The notes under the pieces were generated by a model. That model saw nothing but the letters and a program-made list of their open reading frames with translations. It did not search any database and was not told where the DNA came from. The position numbers were made by a program, and so were the translations under genes. Positions 7,930-15,592 of a stretch of 57,418 nt of DNA are shown piece after piece. Numbering within the stretch: the stretch's first letter is position 1; every line of letters begins with the position of its first letter. The DNA comes from Candidatus Woesebacteria bacterium RIFCSPHIGHO2_01_FULL_38_10 (lineage in GTDB: Bacteria; Patescibacteriota; Microgenomatia; UBA8517). The DNA is taken from NCBI GenBank assembly GCA_001792215.1, contig MGGC01000040.1, positions 3,653 to 61,070 on the forward strand. Reading direction: 5' to 3'.

Positions 7930-9642
7930 CTATTTTTCAGGCTGAATTCCAAAATATAAAAACAAATCCCTGGCAATAGCGTACCACAAAGGCGCCGCTG
8001 TTTCTGAGGCCCACTGAGAGCTTTCAGGCTCTTGTAAACTAACCAGCATAATAAATTTTGGATCGTCATAGGGAGCAAACCCAATAAATGAGGCAATTGT
8101 TTTTTCCTCATCGTAATGACCTGAAATCGGAATCTGAGCAGTACCGGTTTTACCGGCAATCTTAAAACCTGCCTGATGTGTCCACTTCGATTCTCCTTTT
8201 TTGGCTGCTTCAACCATCATGGCAGTTACCTGAGCTGCTGTTCCTTCAGAAATTACTCTTTGCTCATGTTTCTGATTAACATCTTCTTTCCAATTCTCTC
8301 CAATAAGTTGATCAACAACGTTGGGTTTGACTAAAATACCTTTATTAGCTATCGCGCTGACGGCTCGGACCATTTGAAGCGGGGTCGTTGCAATGCCTTG
8401 ACCAAACGCAGCTGTTGCCAAATCCACATCGCTCCAACTACTCTTTTCTCTTAACTTAGGAGCAATCTCTCCCTGAAGATCAATCTCAGTTTTATCTTCA
8501 AATCCAAATAATTTAAGGTAATCGTATAACTTTTCCTTTCCCAGCTTATTGGCAACAAATACCATCCCCACATTGTCTGAATTTATAATGACATCCTGCA
8601 TATTTGAATCTTTATTGTATTTCCTGTTCCATGTCTCAATTAAATATTTATCGACTTTATAAGGACCGCCACATATTTCACACTTTGTTTCTGGTGTAAC
8701 TACACCGTTATCTAACGCGGATGCCATGACAACCACTTTAAAAATTGATCCAGGTTCAAAGGATGAGGAAATCGCCGGATTAATGAAAAACTCATCTCCG
8801 TACTCCCAATAGGAAGACTGATCGTATGCCGGGTACGAACCCATTGCTAAAACCCTACCATCCTGAGGATTCATAACTATAGCAGTCCCCGACTTGGCCC
8901 CATATTTTTCAACCCCTTCTTTTAATTTTTTTTCCAAAGTTATCTGTATTGCTTTGTCTAAATGAGTTAATAAACTTATTCCCTGGATGGCTGAGACCTT
9001 TTTACTATCTTCAATAAAAATTGGGGAGCCTCGCGCGTCGGCTTCTCGAGACAAAAAACCAGGCCTTCCACTCAAGGATAAATCATAATAGCCTTCAAGT
9101 CCAAAATAACCCAGGTCTTCTCCTTGAGCGTTCTTGCCCACAAATCCTAATATATGTGCCGCAACTGACCCTTCGGGATAATCCCTGATCTCTTCTGGCT
9201 CAAAACCTATACCCTTTATTCCTAAAGCCTCAATTTGTATTTTGACTTCATCATTTACTCTGTGTTTAAGAGGAACCCAAACACTATTCTCTCGAGAAAG
9301 AAGTTCTTTTAATCTATCAGCCTCGGACAATACAGCTTTTTCCCCATCTTTTTCTTGGACAAAAAGGAAGCTCAGCTGGTCAGCAATTTTATTATGATCA
9401 TCATCAATCTTATCCAAAGACGCATAAACTAACCACCCCTGAGAACTTGCAGCAAGCCAGGTTCCATCTGAGGCTAAAATTTCACCTCTGAACGCGTCAA
9501 TTGAATGGCTGGATTCATATTGACTTCTTGCTTGAATGGATAACTCTTTACCCTTATAAATTTGCCAATAAAACAGTCTAACTACAAGCACAAGGAAGGC
9601 TATAAAGAATGCAAAAGAATAAAGTTTTAGACGGATAGACAT
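7930..9642 (-). CDS. ftsI: Penicillin-binding protein 2/3-type transpeptidase (FtsI-like)
   Basis: 570 aa. N-terminal TM anchor, PBP dimerisation region, transpeptidase motifs SIFK (SxxK) and KTGTA. Confidence 0.85.
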   Translation of the reverse strand: MSIRLKLYSFAFFIAFLVLVVRLFYWQIYKGKELSIQARSQYESSHSIDAFRGEILASDGTWLAASSQGWLVYASLDKIDDDHNKIADQLSFLFVQEKDGEKAVLSEADRLKELLSRENSVWVPLKHRVNDEVKIQIEALGIKGIGFEPEEIRDYPEGSVAAHILGFVGKNAQGEDLGYFGLEGYYDLSLSGRPGFLSREADARGSPIFIEDSKKVSAIQGISLLTHLDKAIQITLEKKLKEGVEKYGAKSGTAIVMNPQDGRVLAMGSYPAYDQSSYWEYGDEFFINPAISSSFEPGSIFKVVVMASALDNGVVTPETKCEICGGPYKVDKYLIETWNRKYNKDSNMQDVIINSDNVGMVFVANKLGKEKLYDYLKLFGFEDKTEIDLQGEIAPKLREKSSWSDVDLATAAFGQGIATTPLQMVRAVSAIANKGILVKPNVVDQLIGENWKEDVNQKHEQRVISEGTAAQVTAMMVEAAKKGESKWTHQAGFKIAGKTGTAQIPISGHYDEEKTIASFIGFAPYDDPKFIMLVSLQEPESSQWASETAAPLWYAIARDLFLYFGIQPEK

Positions 9643-9649
9643 TTAAACA

Positions 9650-9967
9650 TTATGGTTTTCCTGCAAATGAATCTCCTGGAGTCAAATAAATCACTTTTTC
9701 TAATCTTTCAAAACCCAAATCTTTCGCTTTAGCTTCTACTTCTGCCAGTGATGTTTTCTGAACCAACTCTCTTGAAAGTTTTTTATTTTCACTTGACAAC
9801 CTCTCCTCCTCCTTTTCATACAAAGAAAGGGTTGTCCCTAAGGTTACAGCTTTTATTGTCAAAACTAGCTCAAAAATGATAAACAAACCCAAAAATAGGA
9901 TGCTTATATTTTTTTTGTCTAGGATCTTTTTCTTTTGAGAAATTACCTTTTTACGTCTGTCTCTCAT
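9650..9967 (-). CDS. ftsL: FtsL-like cell-division protein (single TM + coiled coil)
   Basis: 105 aa. TM segment ISILFLGLFIIFELVLTIKAV followed by a heptad-like charged region. Sits at the canonical position between rsmH and ftsI. ATGA overlap with rsmH. Confidence 0.5.
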   Translation of the reverse strand: MRDRRKKVISQKKKILDKKNISILFLGLFIIFELVLTIKAVTLGTTLSLYEKEEERLSSENKKLSRELVQKTSLAEVEAKAKDLGFERLEKVIYLTPGDSFAGKP

Positions 9968-11040
9968 ATTTTTTCCAAAACGCGCATTTTAGCGCTTCTT
10001 GATCTGGGGTTTCTGAACATTTCCTCAGTTGAGGCTAATATTGGTTTTCTGGTAATAATTTTCCCTCCACTTTCTTTAAAAAATTCTTTAACGATTCTAT
10101 CCTCCCCTGAGTGAAAACTAATCACGATAAGGCAACCCCCTTTCCTCAAAACCTTTAAGGCTTTGGGCAAAGCTTCTTTCAAATTTTCAAGTTCACTATT
10201 TACCACAATCCTCAATGCAAGCATGGAAAGTGTAACTGGATGTAATTTTTCTCCCTTCTTGCTTGCGAAAAGTTCCAAAAAATCTGAAACTACCTTAAAT
10301 TTCTTTACCTTTCTTTTCTCAGCAACCATTCGCGCAAGATTCCTTGCTTTACCTTCAGGCAAAACGATCTTAAAAAGTTGAAACAACTTTTTCTGATCTA
10401 GGCTGTTAAGCAAATCGGATGCCCTAATCTTTTGAGTTTTCTTATCCATCCTCATATCAAGCTCATCTTTAGTATTTTTGAATGAAAAACCTCTTGACTC
10501 GGAGGCCAGTTGATGACTGGAAACTCCAAGATCAAAAAGAATTCCGTAAACTTCTCTAAAACCATACTTTTCCAAAATACTATCCAGGTCTTTAAAATTA
10601 CCATGAATAGCCACAAAGCGCAGCCTTGCAAAAAGCGGATAAATCTTATTCGTTCGAGAATGCCTCGCGGCAAGACGCGAGGATGAATGAGCGAACGAAC
10701 TTGCCGAAGGATACTTCGTAGCAGAGCTACGAACCAGTTCATCGTCTGAATCGTTTAAGGTAAGCTCTGGTAAAGACCGAGATACTTTCCTTAACCTCTC
10801 TTCAGCAATCCTCAAAGAATCGCAATCTGTCTCTATTCCTAAAACAAAACCACCTTCTTGGATAATCTTCTCGCTATGCCCACCCAATCCCAAGGTGGCA
10901 TCAATAATCAGGGGGTGTACTTTTAAATGTGCAAATTTCTTTAGCTTAAGCGCTTCAACTACTTCACGAACCATAACAGGATCATGAAGATTTTGACTTC
11001 TCAGTCTGTTTTCCATTTTGATTCTTTTTCTCTTCTTCAA
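9964..11040 (-). CDS. rsmH: 16S rRNA (cytosine1402-N4)-methyltransferase RsmH with a ~50-aa internal insertion
   Basis: Motifs HDPVMVREV, IIDATLGLGGHS, ILFDLGVSSHQL, SFHSGEDRIVK. The track start is TTG at 11040; the ATG at 11016 (MENRLRS) is more likely. Confidence 0.85.
   Translation of the reverse strand: MKKRKRIKMENRLRSQNLHDPVMVREVVEALKLKKFAHLKVHPLIIDATLGLGGHSEKIIQEGGFVLGIETDCDSLRIAEERLRKVSRSLPELTLNDSDDELVRSSATKYPSASSFAHSSSRLAARHSRTNKIYPLFARLRFVAIHGNFKDLDSILEKYGFREVYGILFDLGVSSHQLASESRGFSFKNTKDELDMRMDKKTQKIRASDLLNSLDQKKLFQLFKIVLPEGKARNLARMVAEKRKVKKFKVVSDFLELFASKKGEKLHPVTLSMLALRIVVNSELENLKEALPKALKVLRKGGCLIVISFHSGEDRIVKEFFKESGGKIITRKPILASTEEMFRNPRSRSAKMRVLEKI
10649..10733. repeat. GC-rich nested/double hairpin inside the rsmH reading frame
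   Basis: TTCGTTCG (10649..10656) pairs with CGAACGAA (10692..10699) and encloses CCTCGCG (10663..10669)/CGCGAGG (10676..10682). A second hairpin is TTCGTAGC (10715..10722)/GCTACGAA (10726..10733). Confidence 0.6.
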
Positions 11041-11110
11041 CGCTATTGATAAATTCCATCATTGACTTAAGCCTTTCTTCCATCTGAATTTTATTGAATT
11101 TAATCATTTA

Positions 11111-11557
11111 CTAATCACCCACCTTCTTTTTCCCAACTGCAATTCTTTCAAGCGCCTCATAAGCTTTTTCTTCAATGGCTTTTTCTAAAGTATCCCATTC
11201 AGTGCTATCCCAAATTTCTACTCTATCTCCTAAACCTACAAAGATAACTTCTGACTTTATGCTCGCATAATTAAGCAATACCTTGGGTATAATAAATCTG
11301 CCCTGCCTGTCCAGTTTTATTTCAAACCCTTGGCCAAAAATAAACCTGTCCAGATCTCTAACCGGCGATATGATTAAGTAAGATGGTCCAGTAAGCCTCT
11401 TTACCAAATTTTGCCAAGCATCTTTTGAAACCAGAACCAAACATTTTTCGTACCATCTTGCAACAATCAACTCATCTCCCAATTCCCGTCTTAACTTTTT
11501 TGGTACAGACACTCTATCTTTATCTGTTAATTTGCTCAAATACTGTCCGATAAGCAC
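11111..11557 (-). CDS. mraZ: Transcriptional regulator MraZ
   Basis: 148 aa. Two SpoVT/AbrB-like halves (DKDRVSVPKKLRREL and LDRQGRFIIPKVLL). First gene of the dcw operon. Confidence 0.9.
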   Translation of the reverse strand: MLIGQYLSKLTDKDRVSVPKKLRRELGDELIVARWYEKCLVLVSKDAWQNLVKRLTGPSYLIISPVRDLDRFIFGQGFEIKLDRQGRFIIPKVLLNYASIKSEVIFVGLGDRVEIWDSTEWDTLEKAIEEKAYEALERIAVGKKKVGD

Positions 11558-11606
11558 GTTCGTTAATCGGGCAGGATAGTTTTAAGAACAGTGATTACTA
11601 ATAATC

Positions 11607-11636
11607 ACCACTTTTTACCACTTTTTACCATTTTTA
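11607..11636 (-). promoter_or_regulatory. Putative MraZ operator: three direct repeats at 10-bp spacing
   Basis: The minus strand reads AAAAATGGT-AAAAAGTGGT-AAAAAGTGGT, 50-80 nt upstream of mraZ. An adjacent inverted repeat is GTGATTA/TAATCAC (11591..11608). Confidence 0.6.
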
Positions 11637-11658
11637 TACTTTTTCACGTCTGTGTCAA
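11630..11658 (-). promoter_or_regulatory. Candidate sigma70-type promoter of the dcw operon
   Basis: Minus strand: TTGACA (plus coordinates 11653..11658), a 17-nt spacer, then AAAAAT (11630..11635). It overlaps the first MraZ box. Confidence 0.4.
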
Positions 11659-11743
11659 TATGGTCAGTTAATAATTTTTGCCACCATATCTGGGGTAGAT
11701 TTCAAAATGCATAATTTGAAGTTTCTTTAAAAAAGACAGTTAA

Positions 11744-12505
11744 TTATGGAGTAAAGCCAACAAATATCCCCTCGCAAGGATAGTCAGAAGAGCTTTCAAG
11801 TTTCAACCACTGCGAGTCTTGTGAGGCAAGACGATAAACACTTTCCCCTCCCAAAGCTACTTTCCCTGAAGGCACATCTTTGCTTCCTGAAGATCTGAAC
11901 ACTCCATATGGTCCTTCGGAGACATTTCCAGGAGGTAACTGGAAAACTCCAAAAGTTCCCATAGTCAGCCAAAAATGTTCTCCAGGAGCATCAACAAAAG
12001 TGCAAGAAAATTTGTTATCAATTGAAGTTAATTTATCCATCCCGGTCTGCAAATGAAAATCCGTTTGAAATTTGGCAATGAGTTTTCCCTTGGCGTTTCT
12101 AAAACGTAAAGTTAAAGTTCCCCTTTCAACACCCTCATCATATCTAAACTTACCGGATGACTCAGATCCCAATAAAAGATCTGCCTCAAACGAATCCTTT
12201 CCCTTTAAATCCACTGTTCCGGGAACACCTTGGGAAGCTCCGTCAGGAACCTGATACAGTAGTTCATAATCCAGTGACTCCGCATCAATTAGTCCAAGCT
12301 TTTCAATCGAGAAAGTTAGATAATGACCGTCTTTTTCAGGAATTAAAGAAACAAATGGCCGCTTTTCAAAAGGAATCTCTTTAAGAAAACTCTCTTCCTC
12401 TTCAAATTGAGCTTCTTTCCCTTTTCGACTGCGAAGAATAAAAAAAGTTCCCGTAAGGACAATTATTCCCAATAAAAAAAAAGAGACAGGTAGATACTTT
12501 TTCAT
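11744..12505 (-). CDS. Hypothetical N-terminally membrane-anchored / secreted protein
   Basis: 253 aa. N-terminal hydrophobic segment YLPVSFFLLGIIVLTGTFFIL. No recognisable family. Confidence 0.55.
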   Translation of the reverse strand: MKKYLPVSFFLLGIIVLTGTFFILRSRKGKEAQFEEEESFLKEIPFEKRPFVSLIPEKDGHYLTFSIEKLGLIDAESLDYELLYQVPDGASQGVPGTVDLKGKDSFEADLLLGSESSGKFRYDEGVERGTLTLRFRNAKGKLIAKFQTDFHLQTGMDKLTSIDNKFSCTFVDAPGEHFWLTMGTFGVFQLPPGNVSEGPYGVFRSSGSKDVPSGKVALGGESVYRLASQDSQWLKLESSSDYPCEGIFVGFTP

Positions 12506-12518
12506 CTTTAAATTCCAC

Positions 12519-13805
12519 TCAACCTACAAGTTTATTGTGGAAGTAGTTTTCCAAATTGTCAACTGATACTCTTTCCTGTCTTGTCGTATCCCGATCACGA
12601 ACCGTGACTGTATTATCATCCAAAGTCTGAAAATCGATAGTCACACACCATGGCGTTCCAATCTCGTCCTGAGAAAAATAACGCTTACCGATATTTCCCC
12701 GATCATCCCAAGCAACATAAAAATTTCGGCGAAGTTCAGCAAAAATTTTTCTTGCTTTTTCTACAAGCTTTTTATTATTTGCCAAAAGAGGAAAAACCGC
12801 CAATTTGTAAGGTGAAAGTTTAGGATGTAACTTAAGTATTTTCCTATCCTTATCTTCAGAATAAGCATCAATTAGGAAAAAAAGTAGACTTCTATCAACT
12901 CCACCCGAGGTCTCAATTACCCAAGGTGTATACTCTTCTCCTGTCTTAGGATCTTTATAGATTAGCTTATGGCGTGACAAATCCCAATCACCCCGATAAT
13001 GAACCCCTTCAAACTCTTTCCAGCCAAAAGAAGATTTATATTCTATATCTTCGGCTTTCCGGGCATAATGAGCTTTTTCACTGACAGCATGTTCCCGAAA
13101 TCTTAAATTCACTTTTTTAATACCCAGACCAACATACCAATTCATTCTTTGCTCTTTCCAATATTCAAATACCCTCTCTACCTCTTTTTCTTCTGGTTTG
13201 ATAAAGTACTCCAACTCCATCTGTTCAAATTCCCTACTTCTAAATGTAAAGTTGCCTGGTGTTATCTCATTTCTAAATGCTTTACCTATTTGAGCAATAC
13301 CGAAAGGAATTTTTATTCTTGTTGAATAAACAATATTCTGGAAGTTTACAAACACACCCTGAGTAATCTCACCGCGAAGATAAGCCTTTTGTTTCGGTTC
13401 TGTTACTCCAAGAAACACTTCTGTCATCAAATTAAACAACTTTGATTCTGTCCATTCTATTATTTCATCTTTATGACTTTCTTTGTGTTCTTCAATTGCT
13501 TCCTTATTGTCGGCTCTTACTCTTTGGTGGCAAACCTTACATTCAACCAAGGGGTCCGTGAATGAATCTAAGTGGCCCGAGGCCTTCCAAACTTCGGGGT
13601 TCATGATTATGGAAGCATCAATTCCGACAACATCATTCCGATTATAAACCATTGTTCTCCACCACTCATGCTTGATATTATTTTTCAGCTCAACACCCAA
13701 AGGTCCATAATCCCAAAAACCTTGTATCCCTCCGTAAATCTCACTACCAGGAAAAATAAATCCCCGCCGCTTGGCCAAAGAGGTTATTTTCTCCATCAAA
13801 TCCAT
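12519..13805 (-). CDS. glyQS: Glycine--tRNA ligase (dimeric class II GlyQS type)
   Basis: Motifs RRGFIFPGSEIYGG, FRNEITP, GGVDRS. The track ORF extends to 13874, but the ATGs at 13805 and 13796 match the usual N-terminus (MEKITSLAKRRGF). Confidence 0.9.
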   Translation of the reverse strand: MDLMEKITSLAKRRGFIFPGSEIYGGIQGFWDYGPLGVELKNNIKHEWWRTMVYNRNDVVGIDASIIMNPEVWKASGHLDSFTDPLVECKVCHQRVRADNKEAIEEHKESHKDEIIEWTESKLFNLMTEVFLGVTEPKQKAYLRGEITQGVFVNFQNIVYSTRIKIPFGIAQIGKAFRNEITPGNFTFRSREFEQMELEYFIKPEEKEVERVFEYWKEQRMNWYVGLGIKKVNLRFREHAVSEKAHYARKAEDIEYKSSFGWKEFEGVHYRGDWDLSRHKLIYKDPKTGEEYTPWVIETSGGVDRSLLFFLIDAYSEDKDRKILKLHPKLSPYKLAVFPLLANNKKLVEKARKIFAELRRNFYVAWDDRGNIGKRYFSQDEIGTPWCVTIDFQTLDDNTVTVRDRDTTRQERVSVDNLENYFHNKLVG

Positions 13806-13876
13806 AATGACTTGATTATATACCCAATTTAATTGACTTTGTAAGTTTTGTACGGGACCAGTACTTTTTAGCACTA

Positions 13877-13914
13877 TCCACCCCCAGGGTGGATTAGATA
13901 CGCCACCTCAGGGT
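13877..13914. repeat. Partial copy (A) of the ~55-nt hairpin repeat family 2
   Basis: CCACCCccaGGGTGGattagatacgCCACCTCAGGG. Shares the CCACCC..GGTGG hairpin and the tacgNCACCTCAGG arm with 19968..20022 and 36605..36660. Confidence 0.5.
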
Positions 13915-13919
13915 ACTCA

Positions 13920-15023
13920 TTAATCCTTGCCGCTTTCAAGTTCGGGTAAATCAAGTCCCTTAATTTGAAGCGCTGATGTACCAATTCGCCCCTGAATACT
14001 GCCAACAACGTTAGCTGTTGAATTTACCAGACGACGAATCTGTCCTTCACGAGCTTTCCACATCCGTTCAAAAGCTATTCTTTCTTTAGCAACCTGCTCC
14101 TGCATTTCTCTATAAACCTCAACTAAAGCCTCTAACTGTTGTCTAAACTCATGAGAAGTTACATATTCATAAAGATAATCCTTCTTCTCTCCCTTGTGCA
14201 CTGAAAGAGCCTTTTGAAAACCTATGTCAAGTAAATTTTTTCTCAAAAGAGTGGCTAAAGGAATAATTAAAGAAAAATTGACAATCCAAACTCCGTCTTT
14301 TAAACCAAAACCATTCTCGATTCCTTTGGGAAGGGTGGAAGTGACAATTACCGGAATATTGGCTTTTTCGCCCCTTAAATCCTCTTTTAACTTGCTAATC
14401 CATAAGTCTTTCCAGGCTTTAGTTCTTTTCGCCTCCCAGAGAATAACTCCACAAACGTATCCTTTTGGACTTTTTACAATCTGCCTTATATCAGCTCCCT
14501 TGACACCTTTCCCCACCGGTTCTAATTCATCATTGGGAAATGAAGTGCGCAAAGTTTCCTCTAAATCAAGTTCTAAGACTTCTCCTTGAAGCTGCTGAGA
14601 ACCAATTTTTGATTTTCGCAAAGCCTCTTCCAGTTGAAGCTGGAGTTGAGAAATTTTCTTGTCCTTCTCAAGATCTTTCAACCGATGTTCTTCTGCTGCC
14701 TGTTTAAAAACTTCCTCTTCCAGTTTCTTCTTTTCCTGATCAATTTGTCTTTGAAGCTCAAGCTTCAACTCTTTTTCCCTATCCTCAATCTTTCTTCTTT
14801 CTGCACGCAGTCTTAATTCCTGTTCCCTGAATTCATCAACTTTTTTATCTCTCTCAACCAACTGCCTTCTCAAATCCTCAATCACTTCACTTGTCTTTTT
14901 ATTTAACTCAGTTTTAATTCTTGCTTCCAATTTTTTCCTGAGGGTATCTTCAACCTGATGTCTAAGAACTTCATCAATCTCTATCTGCTTCCCACAATGA
15001 GGACACCTAAAAGTCTCTACCAT
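13920..15023 (-). CDS. DUF2130-like protein: N-terminal zinc ribbon, long coiled coil, C-terminal PD-(D/E)xK-like domain
   Basis: 367 aa. CPHCGK at the N-terminus, ~150 aa of E/K/R/L-rich heptads, then GADIRQIV...GVILWEAKRTK (D...E-x-K pattern). Confidence 0.65.
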   Translation of the reverse strand: MVETFRCPHCGKQIEIDEVLRHQVEDTLRKKLEARIKTELNKKTSEVIEDLRRQLVERDKKVDEFREQELRLRAERRKIEDREKELKLELQRQIDQEKKKLEEEVFKQAAEEHRLKDLEKDKKISQLQLQLEEALRKSKIGSQQLQGEVLELDLEETLRTSFPNDELEPVGKGVKGADIRQIVKSPKGYVCGVILWEAKRTKAWKDLWISKLKEDLRGEKANIPVIVTSTLPKGIENGFGLKDGVWIVNFSLIIPLATLLRKNLLDIGFQKALSVHKGEKKDYLYEYVTSHEFRQQLEALVEVYREMQEQVAKERIAFERMWKAREGQIRRLVNSTANVVGSIQGRIGTSALQIKGLDLPELESGKD

Positions 15024-15050
15024 ACGCTTGATTTTAACATTAAAATGAGG

Positions 15051-15590
15051 TTATATAAGAATTTCTTTCCCAACCCGGGCTGAAAACATTTCCCGCTCAG
15101 CAATGTCTCTTAAGACTTTGTCCGGGTCTTCCATTCTTCTCCCTTCTGGCCAAAACCCTAAAACTACTAAACATTGATAAATAAAATCTTTTCTTAGACC
15201 TTTTAAATTTTTACTTTTAACAGTTTTGTTGAAGGAGACAAGAATTAAATTTAAAAGCCTTTCGTTTTTTTCCCCGTCGCGAGTTAATCGAGTAATGGCC
15301 TCCGCCAAGAAATAAAAAACCGACATTTTTCTTAAATCATTGCGTAGCAGATTAAAGGAGACAATAGTTTCAACCTCAGAAAGTATATCCAAACTTCTTC
15401 CCCTGACAACCGAAAATTTAATATAATTAAAAACCTCAATATGGCCTCTTTTCCTACTCTCAGGTTTTCTTACGCCTCTTGCCAAAAGACGAACCTTTCC
15501 ATAATCTTTGCTGAAAATAGTCAAAATTCGGTCTGCCTCGAAAAAATTTTGTCTTGCTAAAACAATTCCTTGAGAAGAATAGTGCCTCAC
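15051..15590 (-). CDS. recO: DNA repair protein RecO, short form
   Basis: 179 aa. N-terminal OB-fold signature QGIVLARQNFFEADRILTIFSKDYGKVRLLARGVRK. No Cys-rich zinc module. Confidence 0.7.
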   Translation of the reverse strand: MRHYSSQGIVLARQNFFEADRILTIFSKDYGKVRLLARGVRKPESRKRGHIEVFNYIKFSVVRGRSLDILSEVETIVSFNLLRNDLRKMSVFYFLAEAITRLTRDGEKNERLLNLILVSFNKTVKSKNLKGLRKDFIYQCLVVLGFWPEGRRMEDPDKVLRDIAEREMFSARVGKEILI

Positions 15591-15592
15591 AA

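Noticed and set aside
7920-8213. N-terminal 98-aa extension of the murA ORF in the track (start at 8213).
   Set aside because: The extension overlaps the 3' end of ftsI in another frame, has no MurA similarity and is Arg/Leu-rich. MurA homology begins right after the ftsI stop, so a TTG/ATT-type start near 7919 is preferred.
10452-10742. 96-aa alternative-frame ORF on the same strand inside rsmH. Similar same-strand alternative-frame ORFs: 25121..25321, 27938..28126, 33062..33274, 35697..35912, 40031..40252, 41887..42168, 44113..44376, 48326..48508, 52094..52312.
   Set aside because: They are embedded in genes whose main frame carries the conserved motifs, and there is no independent start context or domain signal.
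11558-11743. tRNA or other small RNA genes in the larger intergenic gaps (11558..11743, 29773..30078, 43017..43444, 46495..46556).
   Set aside because: I could find no cloverleaf-compatible arms or a GTTCGAAT-type T-loop by eye. The composition is AT-rich and promoter-like. A tRNAscan/Infernal run would settle this.
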